Shown: positions 42,946 through 52,016 of the stretch, in pieces
How positions within the stretch are numbered: position 1 is the stretch's first letter
Layout: the number at the start of each line of letters is the position of its first letter
DNA from: an uncultured Pelagibacteraceae bacterium
GTDB taxonomy: Bacteria > Pseudomonadota > Alphaproteobacteria > Pelagibacterales > Pelagibacteraceae
DNA: 64,000 nt
Assembly: GCA_902630925.1 (NCBI GenBank)
Contig: CACOWO010000003.1
Location: forward strand, 6,811 to 70,810
Direction of reading: 5' to 3'
Notes under the pieces: model-generated
The model's input: only the letters and a program-made list of their open reading frames with translations
Database searches by the model: none
What the model was told of the DNA's origin: nothing
Made by a program: the position numbers and the translations under genes

Positions 42946-43709
42946 CAAATAAATTTACTATTCTTGGATGTGGAAGTTCTCTTGGTTCGCCTTGGATAAC
43001 AAATTATTTAGGAAAACTTAAAAAAGATTCGAAAAATTTTAGAACTAGATGTTGTGCTCATATCCAAAAAGGTAATTTATCAATACTTATTGATACATCT
43101 CCTGACATTAAAAACCAATTTTTAAAAAATAAGATTAATACATTGGATGCAATAATCTACACTCATGAACACGCTGATCAAACTACAGGTATTTTTGAAA
43201 TGAGGCCTTTTTTTTGGAAAAACAAAAAGAAAATACCAATATATGGATCTTTAAGAACAATCAATAAATTAAAAGATAAGTACACTTTTTGTTTTAAACA
43301 TAGTTATGGCTACAAACCAATAATGAAAGCTAACATTGTAAAAAAGAAATTTAAAATTTCTAATAAAAATTATAGCATTGAAATAGAGCCCCTTGAAGTT
43401 ACTCATGGAATGATTAAAGCAACTGGCTATTTGTTTGATAAAATAGCTTATATTAGTGATTGTAACAAAATTAGTAATAAAGTTACAAAAAAACTTATGA
43501 ACCTAGATTTTTTAATTATTGATTGTTTAAGAAGAAAGAAACATCCTTCACATTTTAATTATGATGATGCTATTAATTTTGCAAAATTTACTAATCCTAA
43601 AAAAACAATCTTAACTAATTTGCATGTAGATTTAGACTACTTTGTTCTTAAAAAGAAATTACCAAAAAATATAATTCCTGCCTTTGATGGTTTGAGTTTT
43701 AATTTTTAA
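42942..43709 (+). CDS. MBL-fold hydrolase (PhnP/YycJ-like)
   Basis: LGCGSS, IDTSPD, THEHADQ, HPSHF. Confidence 0.88.
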   Translation: MTNKFTILGCGSSLGSPWITNYLGKLKKDSKNFRTRCCAHIQKGNLSILIDTSPDIKNQFLKNKINTLDAIIYTHEHADQTTGIFEMRPFFWKNKKKIPIYGSLRTINKLKDKYTFCFKHSYGYKPIMKANIVKKKFKISNKNYSIEIEPLEVTHGMIKATGYLFDKIAYISDCNKISNKVTKKLMNLDFLIIDCLRRKKHPSHFNYDDAINFAKFTNPKKTILTNLHVDLDYFVLKKKLPKNIIPAFDGLSFNF

Positions 43710-44242
43710 ATTAATTTTTCAATCGATTTGATGAATTTGTTTGATGTAGGTTTTGTAAAAGATGCAAAGGTATCTACAACTTTACCATTTTTATCTATGA
43801 TAATTTTATGAAAGTTCCATTTAGGAATAGCACTAATCCCATAATCATTTTTTGCCCATTTATAAAATGGATGGGAATTTACTCCAATAACATCAATCTT
43901 TTCTGTCATTGGAAATGTTATACCAAAATTTGTCTCGCAAAAATCTTTTATTTGATCATTAGATCCTGGCTCTTGTTTAAAGTTATTTGTTGGAACTCCT
44001 ATTACAACTAAATTTTTATCCTTATAATTATTATAAAGCGTTTGAAGATCTTCATATTGAGGAGTATATCCGCACCTACTTGCAACATTTACAATTACAA
44101 TTACTTTATCTTTATAATCACTAAGTTTAATCTGGCCACCATCTATATTATCAAATTTATAATCATAAGCATCACCAGAACTGCTAGAAACTGATTTACT
44201 AAAAAAACTAAACATAAATAAAATTATTAATAATTTTCTCAT
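43706..44242 (-). CDS. Cys-type glutathione peroxidase family protein with signal peptide
   Basis: NVASRCGYTPQY, PTNNFKQEPG, KWNFHK. Confidence 0.92.
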   Translation of the reverse strand: MRKLLIILFMFSFFSKSVSSSSGDAYDYKFDNIDGGQIKLSDYKDKVIVIVNVASRCGYTPQYEDLQTLYNNYKDKNLVVIGVPTNNFKQEPGSNDQIKDFCETNFGITFPMTEKIDVIGVNSHPFYKWAKNDYGISAIPKWNFHKIIIDKNGKVVDTFASFTKPTSNKFIKSIEKLI

Positions 44243-44640
44243 AACTTTAATGCTTTAATTACCGCATCGAAAGGTAAAAATATACAATTATATCTATTTA
44301 AATTGTCGCTATTTAAAAGTTTTTTATACTCTTCAAATCTTTTAGGAATTTTAAGCTCTTTCTTTTTAAAAAAATTTTTTAAATTTCTAAAATCACTTTT
44401 TATGGTTTCAATATTAAATTTATTAATTTTTTTAGATAATAGACTTGCTGAAGCCTCGCAATATACACAGGACTCAGTCTCATATTTCATTGATATTATT
44501 TTGTTTTTTAATACTACTAATTCTAAAGTTATTTTATCTCCACATAATTTATTTTTTAACGAAATTTTATGTGAATATTCATTATTTAATCCTACATTGT
44601 GTGTATTAGAAGCTATTCTAATAATATCTTTGCTAATCAT
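44239..44640 (-). CDS. NifU/SufU-like Fe-S scaffold domain protein
   Basis: NKLCGD, CVYCEASASLL, RYNCIFLPF. Confidence 0.8.
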   Translation of the reverse strand: MISKDIIRIASNTHNVGLNNEYSHKISLKNKLCGDKITLELVVLKNKIISMKYETESCVYCEASASLLSKKINKFNIETIKSDFRNLKNFFKKKELKIPKRFEEYKKLLNSDNLNRYNCIFLPFDAVIKALKL

Positions 44641-45809
44641 TTTTTTGAAAATAATAATAATAAAAAATAACCGAATAATGTTGATAGCAATGATCCAGCT
44701 AAAACTCCAATTTTTACACCATCCATATATTCCATATTATTTGCAAAAGCCAAGTTTCCTACAAATAAACTCATAGTAAAACCAATTCCTGTAAGAATTG
44801 ACACTGCATAAAAAGCCGGCCAAGTTGAGTTAGTTGGTTTGTCAGCAAATTTTAGCTTTACTGATATATAAGATAAAACAAAAACTCCAATTTGTTTTCC
44901 AAAAAATAATCCTAAAACAATTCCTAACGGCACTGGATTCAAAAGAGTTGAGAAAGTTAAACCTTCCAATGAAACGCCTGCATTAGCAAATGCAAATATT
45001 GGCATTATTCCAAAAGCTACATAAGGGGAAAGGCCATGTTCCAATTTTAACAATAAAGAATCTTTATTATTTTTAGTGTTGTGAGGTATTGTTAATGCCA
45101 AAAGAACTCCCGCTATTGTGGCATGAATGCCAGACTGATGGGTGAAGTCCCACAAAAAAATTCCAACTATTAAATAAGGTAAAAAATTATTTACTTTAAA
45201 TTTATTTAATCCAATTAAAACTATTAAGGATAATAACATTAAAACTAAGTAAATAGATTGAATTTTTCCTGAGTAAAAAAAAGCAATAATAACAATCGCT
45301 CCTAAATCATCTATAATAGCTAGTGCTGTTAAAAAAACTTTTAAAGAAATAGGAACTCTTTTACCAAGCAAAGATAAAACACCTAAAGAAAAAGCGATAT
45401 CGGTGGCCGAAGGAATAGCCCAACCGTTTAATGTGGTGCTATCAGAGTAGTTAATAAATATATAAAATAGAGCAGGTACAACCATACCTCCTACTGCTCC
45501 AATTATTGGCAACATAGCTTGTTTAGGATTTGATAATTCACCTTGCAAAAATTCTCTTTTAATTTCTAAAGAAACAAAAAAGAAAAAAATCGCCATTAAA
45601 ACGTCATTAATCCAATGCAGTACACTTAATTTAAGTCCAAAACTATCTGTCCCTAGCGTTATGTATCGTTTTAAAATAGAAAAATATTCATCACTATAAG
45701 ATCCGTTACTTATAAATAACGCTAGTATCGCTGCTATCAAAAGCATAATTCCAGAGGATGCCTCTAATTTAAAAAATTCTCTAAACGGTTTAGTTATATG
45801 TTGGATCAT
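44637..45809 (-). CDS. nhaA: Na+/H+ antiporter NhaA
   Basis: WINDVLMA, GWAIPSATDIAF, LAIIDDLGA, GIGFTMSLF. Confidence 0.97.
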   Translation of the reverse strand: MIQHITKPFREFFKLEASSGIMLLIAAILALFISNGSYSDEYFSILKRYITLGTDSFGLKLSVLHWINDVLMAIFFFFVSLEIKREFLQGELSNPKQAMLPIIGAVGGMVVPALFYIFINYSDSTTLNGWAIPSATDIAFSLGVLSLLGKRVPISLKVFLTALAIIDDLGAIVIIAFFYSGKIQSIYLVLMLLSLIVLIGLNKFKVNNFLPYLIVGIFLWDFTHQSGIHATIAGVLLALTIPHNTKNNKDSLLLKLEHGLSPYVAFGIMPIFAFANAGVSLEGLTFSTLLNPVPLGIVLGLFFGKQIGVFVLSYISVKLKFADKPTNSTWPAFYAVSILTGIGFTMSLFVGNLAFANNMEYMDGVKIGVLAGSLLSTLFGYFLLLLFSKK

Positions 45810-45844
45810 AGGTACTATTTACTTGTATAGCGGTTATCTTTCAA

Positions 45845-45873
45845 TTGCCAAAAAGGCATAATTAACCTATAAA
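45845..45873 (+). promoter_or_regulatory. Putative sigma70 promoter of tRNA-Pro
   Basis: TTGCCA, 17 bp, TATAAA ending 9 bp before the tRNA. Confidence 0.6.
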
Positions 45874-45882
45874 ACAGACGAT

Positions 45883-45959
<77 letters not shown>

Positions 45960-45965
45960 TATAAC

Positions 45966-46250
45966 ATGAAAAAAGCTAAAATTTACATACCATCTAAAAC
46001 TGCTATGCAATCGGGCAGGGGTAAGCTCAAAAAATGGGTTTTAGAATTTGAAACAAAAGACCCATCTATAAACCCTCTTATGGGCTGGGAGACTTCTTCA
46101 GATACACTAGAAGAAGTTATTCTTAAATTCTCTACAAGGGAGCAAGCCATAGAATATGCAAAAAAAAATAATATCTCATTTAAAGTTATTGAACCTAAAA
46201 AGAGAGAATTTGTTATTAAATCTTATGCAGACAACTTTCTTAAGAACTAA
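45966..46250 (+). CDS. Complex I accessory subunit (NDUFS4-like, ETC complex I subunit family)
   Basis: [32 protein letters not shown]. Confidence 0.92.
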   Translation: MKKAKIYIPSKTAMQSGRGKLKKWVLEFETKDPSINPLMGWETSSDTLEEVILKFSTREQAIEYAKKNNISFKVIEPKKREFVIKSYADNFLKN

Positions 46251-46252
46251 TT

Positions 46253-47257
46253 ATGTGGCGTAGTTATTTTACAGAAAGCAAGTGGTTACTTTGGTCCTGG
46301 GGTGGTTTTGCTTTTATAATTTTATCTCTTTTAGCTCAAACATATATAGATGTTAAAATTAATGAATGGTACAAGGGTTTTTACGATCTTTTACAAAAAG
46401 CCCCTGAGAGAGAATTATCAGAATTTTATGATGGAATAGCTTTATTTATGAAATTAGCTATTCCATATGTAATTATTTATACGATAACAAATTACTTTAC
46501 TAGGCTATGGGCTTTTAGATGGAGAGAAGCTATGACTTTTTCTTACATGCCTTATTGGCGTGCTGTCGATGCAAAAGTAGAAGGTGCTTCTCAACGAATT
46601 CAAGAAGATGCAATGAATTTTGCTAAAATTGTAGAAAGTTTAGGTTTACAAATAGTAAGAGCAATCATGCTTCTTATTGCTTTTCTTCCAATTCTTTGGG
46701 GACTTTCATCTAATGTAGTAATTCCTTTTTTCAAAGATATTTCAGGATCATTAGTATGGGTATCATTAGTAGCTAGTTTAGGTGGTTTAATAATTAGTTG
46801 GATTGTGGGAATCAAACTTCCAGGGCTTGAATATAATAATCAAAAAGTAGAAGCTGCCTTTAGAAAAGAATTAGTTTATGGAGAAGATGATAGAAAAAAT
46901 TATGCTCAAGCTCCTTCTATTCTACAATTATTTACGGGAATAAAATTTAATTATCACAGGCTTTTTTTACACTATGGATATTTTGATCTTTGGTTAATTA
47001 TGTATAACCAAACTATGATTATAGTACCTTATTTGTTAATGGGTCCAGGCTTATTTACCGGTGCTATGACGTTAGGTGTTTTAATACAAACATCTAGTGC
47101 TTTTAGAGAAGTACAAAGTAGCTTCTCACTATTCTTACAAAATTGGACTAGAATTACTGAATTAAGATCAATTCACAAACGTTTAATGGAATTTGAGGAA
47201 GCTATTAACTTCAAAAATAAGTTGAGAAAACCCAGGAAATCTGATGTAAGAGTTTAA
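46253..47257 (+). CDS. SbmA/BacA-like peptide transporter
   Basis: INEWYKGFYDLLQ, FRWREAM, EGASQRIQED, NQKVEAAFRKELVYGED. Confidence 0.88.
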   Translation: MWRSYFTESKWLLWSWGGFAFIILSLLAQTYIDVKINEWYKGFYDLLQKAPERELSEFYDGIALFMKLAIPYVIIYTITNYFTRLWAFRWREAMTFSYMPYWRAVDAKVEGASQRIQEDAMNFAKIVESLGLQIVRAIMLLIAFLPILWGLSSNVVIPFFKDISGSLVWVSLVASLGGLIISWIVGIKLPGLEYNNQKVEAAFRKELVYGEDDRKNYAQAPSILQLFTGIKFNYHRLFLHYGYFDLWLIMYNQTMIIVPYLLMGPGLFTGAMTLGVLIQTSSAFREVQSSFSLFLQNWTRITELRSIHKRLMEFEEAINFKNKLRKPRKSDVRV

Positions 47258-48156
47258 TGGAGCTCTACCTAAAACTCATTGATGTAATTGCCCCTGTATT
47301 TTTTGTCATTGGCATTGGATATTACCTTGGAAAAAAAAATCCAGAAATTAGTACTGATTTCATAACTACATTCGCAGGTAACGTAGGTACACCCGCAATG
47401 ATTTTCTACACAATAACAACCACTGGAGTAACTTTAAGCGTTTTTATTGAATACTTCGTTTATGCACTAATTATAATCGGAGGTTTTTCTCTTGTAGGTA
47501 TTCTATTTCTTATAATACTTAAAAAAGATTTTATAAGTGAATTACCACCATTAATTTTACCCAATACTGGAAATATGGGCATTCCTATTTGTTTATTCGC
47601 TTATGGAACAGCTGGGCTAGGGGTCGCATCTGCTATTGCATCAGTAATTATTCTTCTTCATTTTACACTTGGAGTTTTATTAGCCAAAAAAAGCTTTTCA
47701 TTTAAAATCTTAATTAAGAATATGCCAATTTATGGAATAATTGTTTCAGTCATATTTTTATATTTTGATTGGGATGTTCCTGGATATTTAGAAAACACTA
47801 CATTTTTGCTTACATACGCTACTATATTTTTAGTTTTAATGTCTTTAGGTATTGCTTTATCAAGATTAAAAGTAGTGTCTTGGACTCATGCATCAATTTT
47901 AGGAGCAGTTAGAGTTATTATTGGACCTTTAATAGGATTTGGATTAATTAAATTTCTTAATTTAAATGGTTTTGCTGCTGGTGTTCTTCTAATTCAATCA
48001 TGTATGCCAAGTGCGGTTTTAACTTATTTAGTGGGCTCAATGTATTCAGAGAGAAAGGTGGTGGATAGCGTAGCAAGCGTTATCGTGACATCTACTGTTT
48101 TCTCATTTCTCACTATCCCAATTGTAGTTTATTATAGTCTTAAATATTTTCAATAA
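47257..48156 (+). CDS. AEC (auxin efflux carrier)-family transporter
   Basis: PNTGNMGIPI, MPSAV; about 10 TM segments. Confidence 0.87.
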   Translation: MELYLKLIDVIAPVFFVIGIGYYLGKKNPEISTDFITTFAGNVGTPAMIFYTITTTGVTLSVFIEYFVYALIIIGGFSLVGILFLIILKKDFISELPPLILPNTGNMGIPICLFAYGTAGLGVASAIASVIILLHFTLGVLLAKKSFSFKILIKNMPIYGIIVSVIFLYFDWDVPGYLENTTFLLTYATIFLVLMSLGIALSRLKVVSWTHASILGAVRVIIGPLIGFGLIKFLNLNGFAAGVLLIQSCMPSAVLTYLVGSMYSERKVVDSVASVIVTSTVFSFLTIPIVVYYSLKYFQ

Positions 48157-48568
48157 ATACAGTCATTTACAAGATATAATTAAAGTAGTTAGTAAAGTAA
48201 TAGGTAAGGATTATTTATATATATAATTAAAAATGCAAATAAACATTGAAAAATAAAGCTTATTTAAACTAAAAAAAACAATAAATTATTTAAAAGAAGT
48301 GCTTAAAATTAGGGTTTTACAAAATAAACTCTTAAAAAATAAGGATTGATAGGCTAAAATTCAGCAAAATAGGGTGATTTAGACTGCTCTTAAAGCAGCA
48401 ATAATCAATAATTCTACAAGCTTTGCGTGTCCTGAATATAGCGTTTAAACGGCCATAGAGGGTGTTTTTTTTGCAATCATTGATTTTAGAGTACAACTTA
48501 CTGGTGTGTGGGTAAAAAATACATTGAAATATGGGCTAATAGACCCGATCGCCCGTCAAATAACAATT

Positions 48569-48844
48569 CTAGAGCCTTATACCCTCTTTTTTTAGTAAAA
48601 ATCTCTTAGTTTTTACACCTCCTTTCCCTGAATAGCCTCCAAGTGATCCATCTGATCTGATCACTCTATGGCAAGGTATTTTGGGAGCGTAGGGGTTTTT
48701 TCCTATAGCATTGGCCACAGCACGTGCTGCAAGCGGTTTTCCTATGGCTTTTGCCACTTGAGAGTAGGTTTTAATGCTCCCACGAGGTATTTTCCTCAAA
48801 TAAGCCCATACTTTTAGTTGAAATTTAGTTCCTATTAGCTTCAT
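48569..48844 (-). CDS. ogt: Methylated-DNA--protein-cysteine methyltransferase, single-domain form
   Basis: GTKFQLKVW, TYSQVA, ARAVANA, IPCHRVI (active Cys), GGYSG. Confidence 0.9.
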   Translation of the reverse strand: MKLIGTKFQLKVWAYLRKIPRGSIKTYSQVAKAIGKPLAARAVANAIGKNPYAPKIPCHRVIRSDGSLGGYSGKGGVKTKRFLLKKEGIRL

Positions 48845-49008
48845 TAGTCAAATATTAGATAAATTGTTAGAGATATGCCTGTTATAAGCGCTATTATTAA
48901 GCCTAAGGCTATCATTTTTTTGCCTTTTGAGTCTGAGTTAGTCCAGAAGTACGAAATTCCGTAAACAGCAGCTATAAATACTGCTATGGGAAGTAAAAAC
49001 TTAATCAT
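48844..49008 (-). CDS. Small two-TM membrane protein, hypothetical
   Basis: MIKFLLPIAVFIAAVYGISYFW...KKMIALGLIIALITGISLTIYLIFD; its stop overlaps the ogt start; start at 49008 preferred. Confidence 0.65.
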   Translation of the reverse strand: MIKFLLPIAVFIAAVYGISYFWTNSDSKGKKMIALGLIIALITGISLTIYLIFD

Positions 49009-49028
49009 GAGATCATAAATTATACATA

Positions 49029-49057
49029 TTGACATCTAAAATCACTTATTATATTAT
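49029..49057 (+). promoter_or_regulatory. Sigma70-type promoter of the tyrosine recombinase
   Basis: TTGACA (49029-49034), 17 bp, TATTAT (49052-49057). Confidence 0.7.
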
Positions 49058-49084
49058 TTCCGATAATTAATGGTTATCGGAAAT
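49056..49084. repeat. Perfect inverted repeat (11-7-11), dif/lox-like candidate recombination site
   Basis: ATTTCCGATAA-TTAATGG-TTATCGGAAAT, ending 1 bp before the recombinase ATG; repeat seen directly, function inferred. Confidence 0.8.
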
Positions 49085-49085
49085 T

Positions 49086-50000
49086 ATGAATGATTTAACG
49101 ACTGAAATAAAAAAATTAGAAATCCAGACTTTAGACAATTTAAAGCTTTCAAAAGCTAAAAATACTATTCGAGCGTATAAATCTGATTTTAATGATTTTG
49201 TTTTATTTTGCTCCAAACATGGAATGAAAAGTATGCCAACAGACCCTAAGGTAGTGTCGCTTTACTTAACTTACTTATCAAAAAAATCAAAATACAGCAC
49301 CCTAAAAAGACGTTTAGCCTCTATAAATGTAATGCATAGATACAAAGGACATTACCTGGACACCAAACATCCGATTATTATTGAAAACTTATTAGGGATT
49401 AAAAGACTAATAGGAGTTCATCAAAAAGCAAAAAAACCTTTATTATACAATGACTTAAAAAAGATAATTGAAGTTATTAATGCATCTAATGAAAGTGAAT
49501 TTAAAAAACTTAGAGATAAATCCATAATATTAATTGGATTTGCTGGTGGTTTTAGAAGATCAGAATTAGTTTCTATAACAAGAGATGATGTAGAATTTGT
49601 TAATGAAGGGGTAAAAATATTTGTCAAAAAATCAAAATCCGATCAATCAGGAGAAGGAATGACTAAAGCTATCCCCTCTTTTAAATACATAGAATATTGT
49701 CCCGTTAATCATCTTAAAAATTGGATGTTCGAGAATAAGGGCGATTTGATTTTTCCAATATCTGATAAAAATGTAGCCTTAATAATCAAGAAACATGCAT
49801 TAAAGGCAGGATTAGATGAAAAAAAATATGCTGGACATAGCTTAAGATCTGGTTTTGCTACTACAACAGCGGAGTATGGAGCCAGCGAAAGAAATATAAT
49901 GGCTATGACAGGCCACAAGTCTGTTGATATGGTTAGAAGATATATTAAAGAAGCTGATTTATTTAAGAATAACGCTTTGAATAAAATTTCGAGTAAATAA
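49086..50000 (+). CDS. Tyrosine recombinase, Cre-like subgroup
   Basis: SAM-like N-domain (NTIRAYKSDF); catalytic R (GFRRSEL), K (KSKSDQ), HxxR (GHSLRSG), H (TGHKS), Y (RRYI). Confidence 0.93.
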   Translation: MNDLTTEIKKLEIQTLDNLKLSKAKNTIRAYKSDFNDFVLFCSKHGMKSMPTDPKVVSLYLTYLSKKSKYSTLKRRLASINVMHRYKGHYLDTKHPIIIENLLGIKRLIGVHQKAKKPLLYNDLKKIIEVINASNESEFKKLRDKSIILIGFAGGFRRSELVSITRDDVEFVNEGVKIFVKKSKSDQSGEGMTKAIPSFKYIEYCPVNHLKNWMFENKGDLIFPISDKNVALIIKKHALKAGLDEKKYAGHSLRSGFATTTAEYGASERNIMAMTGHKSVDMVRRYIKEADLFKNNALNKISSK

Positions 50001-50007
50001 GGTGATA

Positions 50008-50979
50008 TTAAAATTTTAATATTTTATCAATAAAATTTTCACTTTTAACACCGTAAGATAAAATTTTTTCATAGACTGTGTTAGAGTTTAAATTTGAAAA
50101 ATTATCTTGATTAAAAATACATTCTCCATTCACAATTGGTGGAATTGTAGCTTTTAAATTATTTTTGTGATTTTCGTACCAATTAGTCCCCAATACGATC
50201 ATTGGATGATTATAAGCAGCCAATACCCACATAGATCCTGAGTCAGTTCCCAGAGCAAGCTTTGTACCTAAAGAAATCTTAATTTGATTAAAAAAATTAA
50301 GATTAGTTAGGTTATGATAATGTTTTTTATTTTCTGATAAAAAAGGTTCTTTAAAATAACCAAAATGATAAACATTAATTGAGTTATCAGTTAATTTTTT
50401 TACTAATTCACCCCACCATTTTTGAGAGGGATTACGGTTAATGCTTCTTCCATAACCAGCAAAAGGCCATATAGCCAAAGATTTACTTAAGATTTTATTT
50501 TTTTTAGAATCTACTTTATCGTATGTATAAGCAGCTTTTTTTTGCTCATTCTCAAAACCAACATCAAACCATTTGTTCAAGTATGGAATTTTTTCAATTT
50601 CACTTAAAGCAATATCTAAATCGGTTATACCAGACATTAAAGCTGTTTCTTCAATACAAGATCTTTGATTATACCAGTACTTATCACTATGAAATCTGTC
50701 TAGAATTTTCTTATTTTTGTGATCAAGTTTAGTTGTAATAACATCACACTTAGAAGCAATATTATAATCGTTTAAATTAAACGAACTCCATTCACCAGAA
50801 ATTAATATTTTATCTATATCTGGATGATTAAAAAAAAGAGGAGCACAGTAAGATATTTTCTTATGAATCACAAAATTTATATATGTATTTTTATGTTTTT
50901 TTTTAAAATATTTGAGCTGAGGTAAACTCATAATTAAATCCCCTATTAAACTAAATGAAGTGCCCCAAATCTTAATCAT
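50008..50979 (-). CDS. GT9 (heptosyltransferase-like) glycosyltransferase
   Basis: LIGDLIMSLP N-terminal motif, HPDIDKI, GTDSGSMWVLAA. Confidence 0.72.
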   Translation of the reverse strand: MIKIWGTSFSLIGDLIMSLPQLKYFKKKHKNTYINFVIHKKISYCAPLFFNHPDIDKILISGEWSSFNLNDYNIASKCDVITTKLDHKNKKILDRFHSDKYWYNQRSCIEETALMSGITDLDIALSEIEKIPYLNKWFDVGFENEQKKAAYTYDKVDSKKNKILSKSLAIWPFAGYGRSINRNPSQKWWGELVKKLTDNSINVYHFGYFKEPFLSENKKHYHNLTNLNFFNQIKISLGTKLALGTDSGSMWVLAAYNHPMIVLGTNWYENHKNNLKATIPPIVNGECIFNQDNFSNLNSNTVYEKILSYGVKSENFIDKILKF

Positions 50980-52016
50980 TAGAATTTCTTTGAACTATTA
51001 AAAATATTTTTAAAGATATTATTTAAAGTTATTAATCCTTTAGAGTTTGATTTAAAAACAAATTTATGGTTGGTATTTAAAGGTCTCCAACAACTATACC
51101 ATGTTAAATCTTTTTTATTAATAATATCAATAACATTTGTCTTATTAAACCCTGAAATTTGAACTAAAAATCCAGAATGACAGCTTATAGCAAAGGAAGA
51201 CATCGCTATTAACCTTTCAAACAAAGCTAGATTTAAATTTTCTAAAAAAATAATTTTTTTATTTGTTTTTAGGTTTTGTTTTAAAGTTTTATAGTAAAAA
51301 TCATTATTTTTATTTGATGTAATTACTAATTTTTTATTAATTTTTTTTTGAAAAATTATTAATTCTTTTGAAAGATCTTTGTTGATAAGATGAATATCAT
51401 TCCATTTTTCATCTAGATGAATCAATACATATTTTGATTTAATTTTTTTATTAAATAATTTTGTAGATAGAAAAATATCTTTTTTTTTAATTTCGTAATA
51501 ATAATTTTCTTTTGAGCTTATTTTTAAATTTAGATTATTAGCTAATTTAATCAAAAGAGATGGTAAATGTTCTGCTTTAGATAGATTTTTCTTACTAGTA
51601 AAAGACTCGAATTTATCAAAAATTAAATGATTATAAATAAAATTTGGTTTTGACCATGTTAAATTTAATATTGAATTAAAAAAATTGAAAACGTAAGAAA
51701 TTCCATATTTTTTTTCTGCTTTCAAAAATAAATTAGTTAAATTGGAAAAAGATTTTCCATCTAAGCTTAATGAACAATAATAATTATGTCTTATTATATT
51801 TTTAAAAATTGAAATTTTATTAATTAATTTACTGTTTTTATCATAAACAATTACCTTGTTTATGTTTTTATAAGAATTGATAAGTTTCTTATTATACGGT
51901 GATCCTACTATTGTTATATGTGACGATTTAAATTTTTTTTTAATTGCTTTAATAATATTTGTAATAATTAAAAAATCACCTAATCTATCAGTTCTAAATA
52001 TAATAAATTTTTTCAT
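50979..52016 (-). CDS. GT9 (heptosyltransferase-like) glycosyltransferase
   Basis: FRTDRLGDFLI N-terminal motif, ISCHSG. Confidence 0.7.
   Translation of the reverse strand: MKKFIIFRTDRLGDFLIITNIIKAIKKKFKSSHITIVGSPYNKKLINSYKNINKVIVYDKNSKLINKISIFKNIIRHNYYCSLSLDGKSFSNLTNLFLKAEKKYGISYVFNFFNSILNLTWSKPNFIYNHLIFDKFESFTSKKNLSKAEHLPSLLIKLANNLNLKISSKENYYYEIKKKDIFLSTKLFNKKIKSKYVLIHLDEKWNDIHLINKDLSKELIIFQKKINKKLVITSNKNNDFYYKTLKQNLKTNKKIIFLENLNLALFERLIAMSSFAISCHSGFLVQISGFNKTNVIDIINKKDLTWYSCWRPLNTNHKFVFKSNSKGLITLNNIFKNIFNSSKKF

Noticed and set aside
46013-46020. GGGCAGGG, a KOPS-consensus octamer pointing toward the dif-like site
   Set aside because: Only one copy noticed, inside a CDS, and no inverted copies noticed on the other side; compatible with chance, so not used as evidence.
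48157-48568. Replication origin in the long intergenic region
   Set aside because: Only one imperfect DnaA box, no dnaA/hemE/parAB/mnmG context, and genes converge on this region rather than diverge from it.
48310-49304. TAGGGT on + (48310, 48370) and on - (49243, 49299), flipping polarity across the palindrome
   Set aside because: The hexamer occurs in both orientations elsewhere in the window (for example near 22133, 24221 and 55636); too short to be significant.
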